The position numbers were made by a program, and so were the translations under genes. DNA of 64,000 nt from Octopus vulgaris (taxonomy: Eukaryota), in contig OX597819.1 in the NCBI GenBank assembly GCA_951406725.2, forward strand, positions 49,352,001 to 49,416,000, given 5' to 3'. Below, one piece after another: positions 51,417-64,000 of the stretch (its first letter is position 1; each line of letters starts with the position of its first letter). The notes under the pieces were generated by a model, which saw nothing but the letters and a program-made list of their open reading frames with translations, was not told the origin of the DNA and did not search any database.

Positions 51417-51922
51417 TATATAAAAATCGTATAAAGCGGAAGCTAGAAATAGCAGCTAAATTTCCCTCATGTCAAATGCTTTCATGCTTAACATAGAATG
51501 ATATGTTGCATAATGTTGATCTGGATGCTCACTATCAATAGAAAAAGACAGGATGACCATGATTGGAATTAATCTGATCATAAGTTGGATCAAGCAGGGC
51601 TAAACTGGGGTTAAAACAACAATAGCAACAACAAACAGTCAAGATAAATAAATTTAGAAATTTAGAATTTTCTAATCTCAAGAAAGCAAGCTGAGTTGGG
51701 TGTTGGCACCAGCTCTGTTATGACAGTCTGCAGGCATGCTGGTACATCCATAAAATCTATAAAATAACACATCTACACAAACATATGTTATGTCAACAAA
51801 GTTATTTCTAGCTTTCCAGCTTCTGCAGCCAACAACTGGTCACATTTGTAATGCAAAAGGTTTAGAATTCATCATCATCATCACTACCACCACCACCACC
51901 ACACCCACCACCACCACCACCA

Positions 51923-52155
51923 CCTATTTCTTTTCTATCCGCAAGGAGCTAAACACAGAGAGGACAAACAAGGACAGACAAATGGATTAAGTCGATTATA
52001 TCGACCCCAGTGCATAACTGGTACTTATTTAATCGACCCCGAAAGGATGAAAGGCAAAGTCGACCTCAGCAGAATTTGAACTCAGAACGTAGCAGCAGAC
52101 GAAATACCGCAAAGCATTTTGCCCGGCATGTTAACGTTTCTGCCAGCTCGCCACC
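51923..52155 (-). mobile_element. SINE family B inserted in a (CAC)n tract
   Basis: Consensus match. Confidence 0.9.
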
Positions 52156-52302
52156 AACACAACCCCACCACCACCACCACTACCATCACCATCATCACCA
52201 TCATCATCATCATCCTCATTTAACATCTGCTTTCCATGATGGCATGAGTTGGATGGTTTGATTGGAACTGGTAAGCCAGAGAGGCATAAACAAGGGTGTT
52301 AG

Positions 52303-52537
52303 CTGTGTGACACTTGCACATGCTCTTTTTATGTGTATTTGGACACAACATGGCTGTCCAGAAATCTCACATCTTACCTCTCATTAATAATGGCTTCTGA
52401 TTTAGGCAATAATTTTGAGGCGAGGGGCTAAGTCAGTACCATTGCCTCTATTACTTGACTGGTATTTTATTTTATTCACTCCTGAACACTGAAAGGCAAA
52501 GTTGACCTCAGCTAAATTATAAGAATATCAAGGATTT
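52303..52537 (+). repeat. Arm 1 of a local inverted duplication
   Basis: Reverse complement of ~53489-53730. Confidence 0.9.
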
Positions 52538-53371
52538 AAAAAAAAAATTCAAGATTAAATCCATTAACTAGATTATGTCATCAGGTAACACACACACACA
52601 CACACACACACACATGCACACACCACACACCACACACATGCACATATACATAACTTATAAAATTTGGTTGCTTATTAGAATTATCAGAGTTGTTAGTTAG
52701 TCAGTTTCAGCAGTGTAGTTATAGGAGGACAATGGACATAGTCCACCCCAGACATCACTTTAATGATGATGCCACTTTGGGGATCTACCGTATAAGCTTG
52801 TATGAGGCAGTGGGGTGGGTCCCGCAGATGGCACACACTCTAGCTAATCCACTGCCTAGTTTAGCCCTGATTAAGGTATTTCACTTATAACCATGCCATC
52901 TTTTGCCTGCAGGGAATCCAGGATCATCTTATTCAATAAGCCATTTTCAAAGAATGGTAAATGAGACTTGAAAGAACATGGCTGCCATTTCCAGCATGTC
53001 AAACAACAAAAAGCTCCCTCATTGGTTCGTGTCTCTTGAACAATTTGTCCTTTTTTCTTTTCTTTTTTTTTTTTTTTTTACTAATCAGAAGTAGTAATGA
53101 TCCGTGCATCAAACCAGCAAGGGGAAGCTGCTGACCTCCTCTGTTCAAAGGTTATAATGGACACAGGTTTGTGTGTCACATAGCTAGCTAGAGGCGATGG
53201 CTTCTTGGAGCTAATCAATGGCAGTATTCGTCCTATCTTTCTGGACTGCCATGTTAACTTGGCGATAACTATTAATATCCAGTACAGATGCTGTAGTCTC
53301 TTTTAGAGAGAGTTAGAAATAATGATATTTCTATAGTAGTAATATTCTTATTCTTCAGGTGATGAAATATT

Positions 53372-53981
53372 GATTTCGAATTTTGGCACAAGGCTAGAAG
53401 GTTCAAGGGAGCAGGTAAGTTGATTACCCCCAGTGTTCAATTAGTACTTGTTTTATTGATCCCAAAAAGATGAAAGGCAAAGTCAAAAAAATCCTTGATA
53501 TTCCTATAATTTAGCTGAGGTTAATTTTGCCTTTCAATGTTCAGGAATGGATAAAATAAAATACCAGTCAAGTAATAGAGGCAATGGTACTGACTTAACC
53601 CCTCCCCTCAAAATTATTGATTTCTGCCTAAATCAGAAGCCATTATTAATGATAGGTAAGTTGTGAGATTTCTGGAAAGCCATGTTGTGTCCAAGTACAT
53701 GTAAAAAGCACTTGTACTAGTGCCACATAGGTACCACCCACACTTGTACCTCATATAAAGCACCCATGCTGGTGTCACATAAAAGGTAGCCATACTGGCA
53801 CCATGTAAAATGCACCTAGTACACAATATATAGTGGTTGGCATTAGGATGAGCATCTACCTTAGAAACCATGTCAGAATTTAGACTCAGAACATAAAGAC
53901 AGACAAAATGTCTCTAATCATAAAGACAGACAAAATGTCTCTAATCTAATAATCCTGCCAGCTCACCACCTTCTTAAGGGG
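53372..53981 (-). mobile_element. SINE family B split by a ~390-bp inverted local copy (53487-53873)
   Basis: Tail half ends GGCAAAGTCAA at ~53486, head half resumes CAGAATTT at ~53874; TGAAATATT at 53363-53371 and 53982-53990. Confidence 0.75.
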
Positions 53982-54482
53982 TGAAATATTACAGTGCTGT
54001 ATATAGATGCTGTTTGAGAAGCTGATGTAGTGTTTTCTTTAAAGTAATAACATTAACGTTTATCATTGTTAAAATCCTTATCTTAGAGAAGTGTACATGT
54101 ATGGATGCACATAGAAAGACGTAAACCTTTATTTACCCATCTTTCCCAATATCATGTTTTCTGTCATCTTCTTCCCTATCCATTCCTTGGTGCTCTTACT
54201 ATGTCCTTTTCAAGGACATAGTCATTTGAGTAATTAGTAGTTGATTAATCAAGTAACACAGTTCTGAAGACAGAATATGCCCATCACCACCTGGATACTA
54301 TACTGTTTTTTTTTCCACCCTACTTGTCCATCCATTCCCTTTTCAACTTTCTGTGCTACCTGATATAGTTGTTTTCTAACTCAATGTCAGCTCTGATTGA
54401 GTATACTTATGATCAAACATGTATCTGGTATGACTGTCCCTACCACTTTTTTCTCCTTTTATTTTCTAATACAATAGTGGAA

Positions 54483-54655
54483 TCATCATCATCATCATCA
54501 TCATCATCATTTAGCGTCCGCTTTCCATGCTTGCATGGGTTGGACGGTTCAACTGGGGTCTGGGAAGCCAGAAGGCTGCAGTAGGCCCAGTCTGATCTGG
54601 CAATGTTTCTACGGCTGGATGCTCTTCCTAACAGCCACGATCGGATGGTGCTTTT
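54483..54655 (-). mobile_element. RTE 3' end with (GAT)n tail
   Basis: (CAT)n TTAGCGTCCGCTTTCCATGCTTGCATGGGTTGGACGG. Confidence 0.8.
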
Positions 54656-56827
54656 AAGAGAATTTTGATGTTATTTCTAGCAAGGCAATTGACTAAACAG
54701 AGACTGAGGAATTAGCTCATAACTGCTGCCTGATAACAGAGAATACTGATGGTCAGTATTTCATCCAGTGCCTTGTCTTGAATTCTCAACTCCTGATGGC
54801 ATTAAAGAAGTATCACCACAGTTTACAACGTCTAAACCTGATCCCAGCCAATTTCTTCCAGAGAGAAAAAAGAAATAGAAAAATGGATTTCAGTACTATG
54901 CCAATATTTTAGTTATCAACCCTAAATGATGAAATGCAAAGTTGATCCTAGCAGGTTTTGAACTCAGAGTACAGAGAGCTAGAACAAATTCCAAAAGACA
55001 TTGTGTCTCATACTTTAATGACACTGTCAATCTGCTGTTTTATTCAGAGCAAATCACAGTTAATGGCAAATTAGCAACACTCTATCCATATCTGCTTGGG
55101 TATTGCAAATCTATATAATGCTGTTTATCAACTTGGTTTCATTTACCATTCCTTTTAAGGAAGCATTTTCAGACTATACCTTATTTCTAATATTTCTTTT
55201 TCCTTTTTTTTTATATATGATTGACTGCATTTCTGCATAGTCATACAAAATGTTGAATAATTTTTACAAAAATCGGTTTTTTTTTTTGTAAAAATTATTG
55301 GAAGAAAGTATTTTAAGATGTAAATTTTTAATGTTAACTTTGCAGTTATTTTCAACTAAATAAATTATTGCAAAAAGTCACACCTCTTGCTTAAGGATAC
55401 AATGTAATACTATATTGAATGTCTAGGCTGTGCTCCATAAATGTTGATCATTTTGAAAACTTAGATGTTCTATGTACCTGGGTTTTTGAAGCAGTAATTC
55501 TTCTATGCTTTGGTTAAAAGTTGGGAATTGGTAGAATCATTGATGATGACTTTCAACATGGACAAACAACCAATTCCAACCAGTGGGGATTTACAATAGA
55601 GGTTGTACTATTCATCCTTTTGATTGCTGAATACAAAATGTAGTTTGCAAAACGCCATTTGGGTCACCATCTCACCTTTGTAGACCAGCCCATCGCAAGG
55701 TTACCAACTTAGTATTTAGTTAAGGCACTTTTATGTTCTGAGTTCAAACTCCACCAAAATCAACTTTACCTTTAATCCTTCAAGAATCAATAAGATAAAA
55801 TAGCAGTCTTTCATAGTCCAAGTTCAAATTCTGTTGAGGTCAGCTTTGCTTTTCTTCCTTTCAGATTCAATAGAATAAGATACTAGTCAAGTACTGGGGT
55901 AAACATAATCAACCATTATCCATTCTCCAGATCTTGAAACCTTGTGCCTATGCTAGAAATCAATACTGGTGATTGGATAAGAGGTTATAACTTCAATATA
56001 AGATAAGTGTAACCTAATGACATTAGCTCTTAATTAATCCAATTATTAGATTCAACATATTTGTTTGATTATGTAAAGGCTATTTTCATAAGGGAAAGCC
56101 ATTGATTCAAAGTGAATTAAAAGTAAACCAGCTATGTCAACTCTAAATGAAGAATCAACAAGACAGCTGCTGTATAGTCACTCATCTTGCTAGAAATTGC
56201 AACAAAATCTTCTTTGAATCACTCTTTACATTGCCAAAAAAAAACAGGATGTTGGATGAAGAAGTTCAAGACACACTATGTTTAGGGGGAAAAAAAAAAC
56301 AAAGAAAAAACCAGGATAGTTAAGATGGAATGTTTTTAGATATACACCTGCTCAATTAGGGTTGATCTTAGGTTAAACAAAAACATCAACTTTAAATGAA
56401 AAGCAGACCAGCTTGGTTTCAAATCACACCAAAGCCTAAAACAACAACAAAACTACTAACAGTACCCTTTTAACTTATATTTATTATTACTAATGTGTTG
56501 TGTGTGTGTGTATGTGTGTGTGTGTGTATGCACATATAATAAAGTTTCTGCATTCTACTGTCAGTGTTTGGAAGGGTCTTGTATTTATTACAAGACTACC
56601 ACTTTGGATACATATTTTGATAAATGTGATATTAATTTCTAACATAAGTACAAGTCTACAAATTTGAGAGGAGGAGATAAGGCAGTAGTTGATTATGTCA
56701 ATCCCAGTACTTTTGGGTGGTATGTCTTTTTATATAACCCAGCAAGATGAAAGACAAAGTAAACTTTGGCAGGATTTGAATTCAGAGTGTGAAAGGATAC
56801 AACTAAATAGTGGAAATTATTTTATTG

Positions 56828-57453
56828 AGAAGACTCAGCAAGCTCAAGTGAGACCATAACCTTGTGGTTATGCCAGGGGTATAACCAGCCCACTTATGCG
56901 TACCTTTCCTTCATTGGACACTAAACTCTGCTTGCAAAGACCTGTTGAGGCAAGGGAAATATAAATCGAAATCGAAATCAAATTCGATGACTGGCATCCG
57001 TGCTAGTGGAGCACTAAGAGTACCATACGAGCGTGATCGTTGCCAGAGCAACAAGCTGGCCTCCGTGCCGGTGGCACGTAAAAAACACCATTTGAGCATG
57101 ATCGTTACCTGCGTTGCCTTACTGGCACTTGTGCTGGTGGCATGTGAAAAATCATTTGAACGAGGTCGTAGCCAGTGCCGCTGGACTTGCTCCTGTGCAG
57201 GTGGCACATAAAAAGCACCATTTGAGCATGGCCATTGCCAATACTGCCTGACTAGCCCTCGTGCCGGTGGAACGTAAAAGCATCCACTACACTCTTGGAG
57301 TGGTTGGCGTTAGGAAGAGCATCCAGTTGTAGAAATTCTGCCAGATCAGATTGGAGTCTTGTGCAGCCATCTGGTTCACCAGTCCTCAGTCAAATCGTCC
57401 AACCCAGGCTAGCATGGAAAGCGGACATTAAATGATGATGATGATAATGATGA
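56828..57453 (+). mobile_element. RTE LINE ORF end + full 3' UTR with internal ~65-bp subrepeats and (GAT)n tail
   Basis: Starts GAGAAGACTCAGCAAGC (EKT.QA, as at 12.4 kb); repeated GGTGGCACGTAAAAAGCACC blocks; GCATGGAAAGCGGACATTAAATGATGATG. Confidence 0.85.
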
Positions 57454-60400
57454 TTTTACTAATTCTGCCAATGCACCATCATTTTGTCTGTTGCTCCACC
57501 AGTTCTGCTTGTCTACCGCTGTCTTGTCCATCATTCCACCAATTCTGCCAAACTATCACCATTTTGTCTGTCATTCTACTGATTTTTACTAATTCCCTTC
57601 TGTTAAACATATTATTGATTTGAAAACTTGGTGCAAGGCCATAAATTTTAGGTGAAAGTAAAATCAATTCAAATGACCCTTAATACTTGACCATTACTTT
57701 ATTCCATTGCTCCCAAAACCCACCTACCCACGCACACACACACACAAAGGTATGAAAAGCAAAGCTGATTTTAGAGAGAATTGATTTTAGAACACAGAGG
57801 GTTATAACTGCACGACATTATCAGATGCTCTGAAGATTTTGGCAATCCATTGCTCTCTTGCTTTACTTTTTGGTTATGGTGACAAATATGGTATGAAATA
57901 AAAATTATCTCACACACACAAGCATATAAAAGAAAAGGTAGATGGGTAGGTGTTAATTAAAATGATAACTTGGTGAGACTGCTGCTCTTCTAAACACTCT
58001 AGTTTTGATTGGTTAATTAATTACATTTAAAAGACACTGTTGCTATTTAATATTAATAAATTTTCTTGTTAAAAACAGCTCATTTTATAAGGACATTTTA
58101 GGCTATGAGATGAAATTGAATTTAAAAGTCAGCAGTTATTGATTAGAAAACATCTAGAAGCTACCGAACAAACACATGGCTTTGCAGTGTTGTAATTGAC
58201 GTGTCTTTGAGGAAAGGTAGTGTTAGAGTGTGTGAAGATGACTGAGACAAATAGACCAAGACCACACCCGCTAACCATGTCAATAGTCATTTGGTTACAA
58301 CCAGAAGCACAGATAGACTGTTAGATCCATACATGAATATATACTTACATACGCCTACATTCACAGTCAAGAAAATTGCATTGTTTAAATCTATAAAGGT
58401 TGGCTGTTTTAAAGTAATATCATGGTGCGATGAGCTTAAAACAGCATGCAAGTAACAGAATGCAACATAGCATTTGTTGCACAGATGCACTTTTAACTTG
58501 CATATAATGTCAAATAAATTGTATTCAAATATAAAAATATATACTTTTGTATAGAAAGTCAACTGCACAGATGGCATTGATAGAAAAAGCAAAAAGAAGA
58601 GAGATATATGGAAAGGTAGAGAGATTGAGAGAGAAAGAAAGAGAGAGAGGTTAAAAGGGAAGAATAAAAGACAAATATTGAGGAAAGACTGATTGTTGAT
58701 GGATGATAAGACAGACTGAATCAGATGACAAATTTACGAGTCACATTTTTATTTATTTTCTCTCTCCTTCTCATATGCATGCACACACACACACACATAT
58801 GCATACACGCACACATATGTACACATGCACACATAGGTACAAACGCAAAAACACATGCACACACGCACACATATGTACACACACACACACACATGTACAC
58901 ACGCACACATGCACACATATGCACACACACACACATGCACACATACACACACACACACACATGCACAAACATCATTTAATTTTCCAAAATGAAAACTGAT
59001 TATATAAGAGGGTGGCTGTAAGCAGATAGGTGTTTTTATGTAGAAAATATTGAATTTCCTTTTCATAAATAAAAAAAAAAAATAACTATAAATCAATAAT
59101 GTAATCAATAGTGTCCTTGTTTTTTTTATCCGTCTTTTATATCTTTCTTCCCATCCCATCTGCTTCTTCTATTTAAATCTTAACACATTGTCACAAACAA
59201 ATAAGAAAGAAACACAGAGGAAAGGCTAGAATAAGGCATTGTTTCAGATAAATAACCAAGAAAGTACCACAAAGAAGAAAGCTGCTGATTTTGTCTGTCC
59301 AGGCTTGATTTTCTTACGATTACTTTTTTTTCTCACAAGAATTCAGGAACAATGCAATTTGCTAATAAATGAATGAAATGAAATGAAATAAAATGATTGT
59401 TAAAAATTTTCAGTTATTATTATATACCACAATAACATACTTGGAAAGACAGCTTAGGTATTCCAGCAAGGAATCTATCATGTGTATCGAGAAATTGATA
59501 AACAGAGATAGAAGAATAGACGTATCTGTTGAGGAAAGATACTGAAAGAAAGTAGGAGAAGAGATAGAGTGAGAGTGAATGAGTGAGTGAGTGAAAGATA
59601 AAAGAAAGAAAAAGAATAAACAGGGAAAAATAACAAAAAAAAAAAATGAGAGGAAAGCATTGAAACATGTCTTACCTGATTTACACTTTGTGAGTTTAAA
59701 AATTTCTTGAAGATAAATTGTATATTTCAAATATGATGACCAGAATACTAATCTGTGGATGTTAATGCATACAAGCAACTACACAGATATTCCTGCACAA
59801 TAAAGTTTTCTTCTTAGGTCTTAAATAATTTACAATAGATATATCTATCTATCTGTCTATCTATCTATATTTTTTAATATTTCAATATCCTTTGTATGTT
59901 GTTATTTGTGCAGCTCTTTTGAATAAAGTTTAGCATTTGGATTTGATAAACTGTATGACTTGTAGCTGTTTGTTTGTTATTGCAATAGCTGATAGTTGCT
60001 TCCTCTACCTGTCTGCGATAAGGTAAAACTGCCAGGCCTTTCCTCAAGGATGGTGTGGCTGCTGCTAAAGGGGTGTAGAGTAGAGTGCACACATATGCTG
60101 AGTTATTTGGGAAACAGAAGCATGTATTCACATACAGCAACCTAGTCAGTACACAGTGAAACATACGTGCATGCTTGCCTGCGGCCTACTGTTTAATCAT
60201 TGACTTGGTTTAATTAACCATACAGCCAGCATCAGGCTTCTGAAAGACACAGAGCGAGAGAGAGGCAAAGAAAGAGAGAGAAGAGGTAAGAGCGAAAGAG
60301 GAAGAGGAGGAGAAGAAGGAGGAAGGGTGCTGTAAAGAAAGATGTTGAAGGCTGGAGATAAGACAGTGACTATAGTGCCGCTGCCATGACAAGTCTGTGC

Positions 60401-61187
60401 TGTCTGTGAAGGACCTGTAGCACGGCGGAAAAAATGAGGAGGAAAGAAATGTGTACCTTAACCTGTTTCAAATACTAGAGCAAGCAGCAGCCATCACTGT
60501 GCAAGTGACAGGAAAGCCTCTAACAAGTAGCAGTAGTAATAATAGCAGTAGCAGCTAAGATAGTTGTAAGCTGTGGTAGTAGCAACAGTGGTAGTAGGCT
60601 TTTAGTATCAGTTGTAGCAGTACAGCATTTTCAAGTAAATGTAGCAGATGTTAGGATCATTCTCCTTGTAGTTGTAGTTGTTGTAAATATGATTATCATT
60701 TGTGTCGCTGTCACTGGCTGTTGTTACGGCTATCACAGGTGAACAGGTAACTGTCATTAAGTCATTAGCATAACTACTATCAATCATAAGGGTCCTTATT
60801 TGCCATTTGAATGCATGGAGGAAGGTGGTTAATGATGAAGACAGTTACAAGAAAAATGAAGATTGCGGAAAAAAAAAAAGTTTGTAATTTTGAATTTTGA
60901 CTATATAGATAAGTAGACCGATTGATAGCTAATTAGTTATAGACACACATACATACACACACACACATTCATATATACACACACACACACACACATATAT
61001 ATATACACATAGATAAATTCACACATGTATATGCATGTGCATATGTATATATATATATGTATACATATATGCATATGTATATATGTATATATATGCATAT
61101 GTATATATGCATATATTCATATACACAAATATATGCATATATGCATCTGTACATATGTCTATAGATATATATCCATGTATGCTTGTG

Positions 61188-61233
<46 letters not shown>

Positions 61234-61927
61234 CATATATATCAATGCAAAACTAATATATTTAGTTTTCCCTGAAGACTGGTATAAACCAGAGAACTAT
61301 GGTGCTAACATCCTTTAAAGAATTATAGGTCCTTGATACAATTATATATATATGCATCTGTACATATGTATATGTATGCATATGTATATATGCATACACA
61401 TATATACAGACGACAATCAATGCACACATATATCGATAGAGAGAGAGACAGGTCGGTAGGTTTCTTAGTTCATGTGCTTTAGATCTGTTTCCTTATGGTG
61501 GTATAGGTTGGGGAGTTACTCATTTGAGGCAGTATTTTCATGGACAGATGCCTTTCCTGTGACCAATCTTTATTAATAGTGCAAAGGATTTCTTATTCCA
61601 CTATTCCAAGAGCACAACGCTGTATAACATAATGTTCACCAAGAATGTAAACACAACGGCACTGCTCCCTTTTGAACGAACTATCTCAATTGAGATACAG
61701 AAATGACAACCTTCACACACACACATACACACACACACATGCACCATGTTCATTTCAATTTCCATCTATCAATTTCAATCACAAGCTACTGGCCAACCCA
61801 AAATAATGGTACAAGATATTTGCCTAAGGTGCCGCACTATGAAAGTAAACCAAACATTATGTAGTTAAGAACTGCAAACACAACCATGCCTATGTCTACA
61901 TGCATATAGGTGTGTGTGTGTACATGT

Positions 61928-62550
<623 letters not shown>

Positions 62551-62595
62551 ATTTATATATTTATACATGCACACACATCCACATATATATTGATA

Positions 62596-62655
<60 letters not shown>

Positions 62656-62670
62656 TGTATATGTACATAT

Positions 62671-62728
62671 ATGTAGACACCTCTGATGAGAAGCCAATAA
62701 GGTTTGTGTATCGATTAAGGTTGTTCAT
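62671..62728 (+). ncRNA. Degenerate type I hammerhead ribozyme, copy 1
   Basis: TAGACACCT-CTGATGA-GAAGC-CAATAA-GGTTT-GTGT-ATCGAT-TA-AGGTTGTTCA; GAAA box mutated. Confidence 0.6.
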
Positions 62729-62972
62729 CGCTTTTTCAGTCTGCGGAGAAATGGCGAAAATTTGCCCTGTTTATAATTATACCATATGTTATGTATATAT
62801 TATATCATACCTTGATACTGTGTGGACTAAGATCCCCATTGATAGGTCACTGGTATTTATAGTATTAAACACTTTCAGTATGCAAATTAGTGACTCCTTT
62901 ATAGAGTAACTGCTGTATTTGTTGAGTATATAAGCAGTTTGGCTGCTTGTTTCTCTGTAGATTGTCAAAGTG

Positions 62973-63030
62973 ATGTGGATGCCTCTGATGAGAACCCAAT
63001 AAGGTTCAAAATTTGATTAAGGTTGTCCAT
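62973..63030 (+). ncRNA. Degenerate type I hammerhead ribozyme, copy 2
   Basis: TGGATGCCT-CTGATGA-GAACC-CAATAA-GGTTC-AAAA-TTTGAT-TA-AGGTTGTCCA; stem II perfect, stem I pairs, GAAA->AAAA. Confidence 0.7.
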
Positions 63031-63718
63031 CGTTTTTCCAGTTTGTGGAGAAATGGCGAAAATTTTCCCTGTTATGTGTGTGTATGTATATATATATAGG
63101 TGCAAGCAATGTTTTGGGTTCAGTCCCACTGCATGGTACTTTGAGCAAGTGTCTTCTATTACAGCTTCTACAAAGCCTTGTAAGTGGATGTGGTAGAGAG
63201 ATACTGAAAGAAATCTGTTGTGTGTATGAGTGTGCATGTATATACATGTTATTATGTCCTTGCTTTGACACCATGTAGTGTCAAATGAGTGCTATTGTCA
63301 TGCATGTGATGTTCTTTGTTTCCAATCTTGCATGAAAGCATGTCTGTTTATAGGGAAATATTACCTTATTTGGAAACAGGTGTTGATAAGTAACAGGAAA
63401 GACATCTGGCTGTAGAAAATCCACTTCAACAAATTTCATCTAACCCATGCAAAATTGAATGTTCAACCTTTGGTGAAGATGTATGTATAGTTACATATAT
63501 GTGTTTGTGAGTATATTATCTTTATCTTTCATCTTTCAGTCATGAGATTGTGGCCATGCTGGAGCATCGCCTTGCAAGAGTTTTGCTGAATGAATTGACA
63601 CCAGTACATATTTTTTTCAAGCCTAGTACTTATTTTATTGATTCCTTTTACCAAACCACTAAGTTACAAGGCTGTCTGTCAAGCCACAGTGGGTACAATG
63701 ACACACACACCACCATCA

Positions 63719-63912
63719 CCATCATCATCATCATCATCATCATTTAACATGTTTTCCATGCTGGCATGGATAGGGCAGTTTGATAGGAACTGACAAGTCT
63801 GAAGACTGCACAAAGCTCTGTTGTCTGTTTTTTCGTATGGTTCCTATGGCCGGATGCCCTTCCTAATGCCAACCACTTTACAGAGTGTACTGGGTGCTTT
63901 TTTATGTGGCAT
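63719..63912 (-). mobile_element. RTE 3' end with (GAT)n tail
   Basis: (CAT)n TTAACATGTTTTCCATGCTGGCATGG...GGATGCCCTTCCTAATGCCAACC. Confidence 0.8.
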
Positions 63913-64000
63913 TACTTGTAGGATAAGATTCCTCAACTGGGGAGAGTAGTATTGAGAAATAGAAAAAATGTCTTGCACTAGAAGAGAAACATGGCTAGCT

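Overview
AT-rich, microsatellite-dense eukaryotic DNA with no recognisable intact protein-coding gene. Most ORFs in the track are translations of (TA)n/(CA)n/(TACA)n tracts or of repeats. The repeat families point to an octopus (coleoid cephalopod) intron or intergenic region; this is an inference from recognising the repeats, not a database result. Contents: many copies of two tRNA-derived SINE families (called A and B here) plus two other tRNA-headed SINEs; 3' fragments of RTE- and CR1-type LINEs; a Penelope-like GIY-YIG fragment; two non-autonomous Helitrons; a decayed maT (DD37D) transposon; and mariner-, piggyBac- and hAT-type MITEs. Most notable: (i) a 302-bp direct repeat at 62.67-63.07 kb whose two ends reconstruct a minimal type I hammerhead ribozyme with a palindromic stem III, i.e. 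a retrozyme/Penelope-pLTR-like unit, plus other decayed hammerheads next to (TA)n tracts; (ii) two locus-specific inverted duplications (32.2/38.7 kb and 52.3/53.5 kb); (iii) SINE-B concatemers bracketed by single TSD pairs; (iv) a candidate TATA promoter with a short first exon at 15.6 kb. All alignments were done by eye and boundaries of old repeats are approximate.
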